Of a stretch of DNA of 25,253 nucleotides, positions 25,051-25,253 are shown in pieces. The DNA comes from Thermotogota bacterium. Lineage in GTDB: Bacteria; Bipolaricaulota; Bipolaricaulia; UBA7950; UBA9294. The translations under genes were made by a program, and so were the position numbers. The notes beneath the pieces are model-generated. The model searched no databases. It was not told where the DNA came from and worked only from the letters and a program-made list of their open reading frames with translations. Within the stretch, counting starts at the first letter, position 1. Every line of letters starts with the position of its first letter. The stretch covers positions 1 through 25,253 of the forward strand of contig JBDKUT010000064.1 of assembly GCA_039679545.1 (NCBI GenBank). The letters run 5' to 3'.

Positions 25051-25253
25051 AAGAACCGGCGGATGGTCCCGCCGTGACGGCCGGCGAGGAGGACGTGATG
25101 GTTGCCAAGCGGTGCCGAGAGAAGGTCGTCGACCGGCTCGTCGACGACAACGCGAACCTGCGTCCGGCAGAGGTCGTCGCGGAACGGAGCCTCCTCGATT
25201 CGCCCCTCGCGGAGGAAGAGCTGGTCGAGCCTCTCTCCGCCGAGTCGGAAGAG
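25029..25253 (-). CDS. C-terminal part of an L-fucose/L-arabinose isomerase-like protein (5' end outside the window)
   Basis: Hand translation ...REGRIEEAPFRDDLCRTQVRVVV...LSAPLGNHHVLLAG...RYLAT*; CRTQ and GNHH are typical of this family's C-terminal domain. Confidence 0.65.
   Translation of the reverse strand, partial: LFRLGGERLDQLFLREGRIEEAPFRDDLCRTQVRVVVDEPVDDLLSAPLGNHHVLLAGRHGGTIRRFFDRYLAT

Overview
High-GC bacterial window with all credible genes on the minus strand. From right to left (the direction of transcription): (1) the 3' end of a sugar-isomerase-like gene, followed by a six-unit degenerate ~36-bp tandem repeat; (2) a DUF3467-like gene, a membrane HisKA_3 kinase and two NarL-type regulators, running into a translationally coupled hopanoid/MEP operon (polyprenyl synthase, hpnH, hpnG, ispG, shc, ispH, yjbQ-like, hpnC, hpnD, hpnE), then a flavodoxin-like remnant and a 106-aa orphan; (3) a citrate module (aconitase, IclR regulator, icd, ATP-citrate lyase beta subunit), split by a ~5.5-kb accessory island between the aconitase stop and the IclR promoter. 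The island encodes a PHP + SMC/ABC-ATPase protein (Ppl/TrlF-like defence) and an unusual HD-TPR-GGGG|Hint(intein-like)-KGYCCY fusion, with a degenerate copy of the aconitase 3' end between them. hpnD contains an in-frame ~150-nt insertion made of four tandem hairpins. All calls come from reading motifs by eye; no searches were run.
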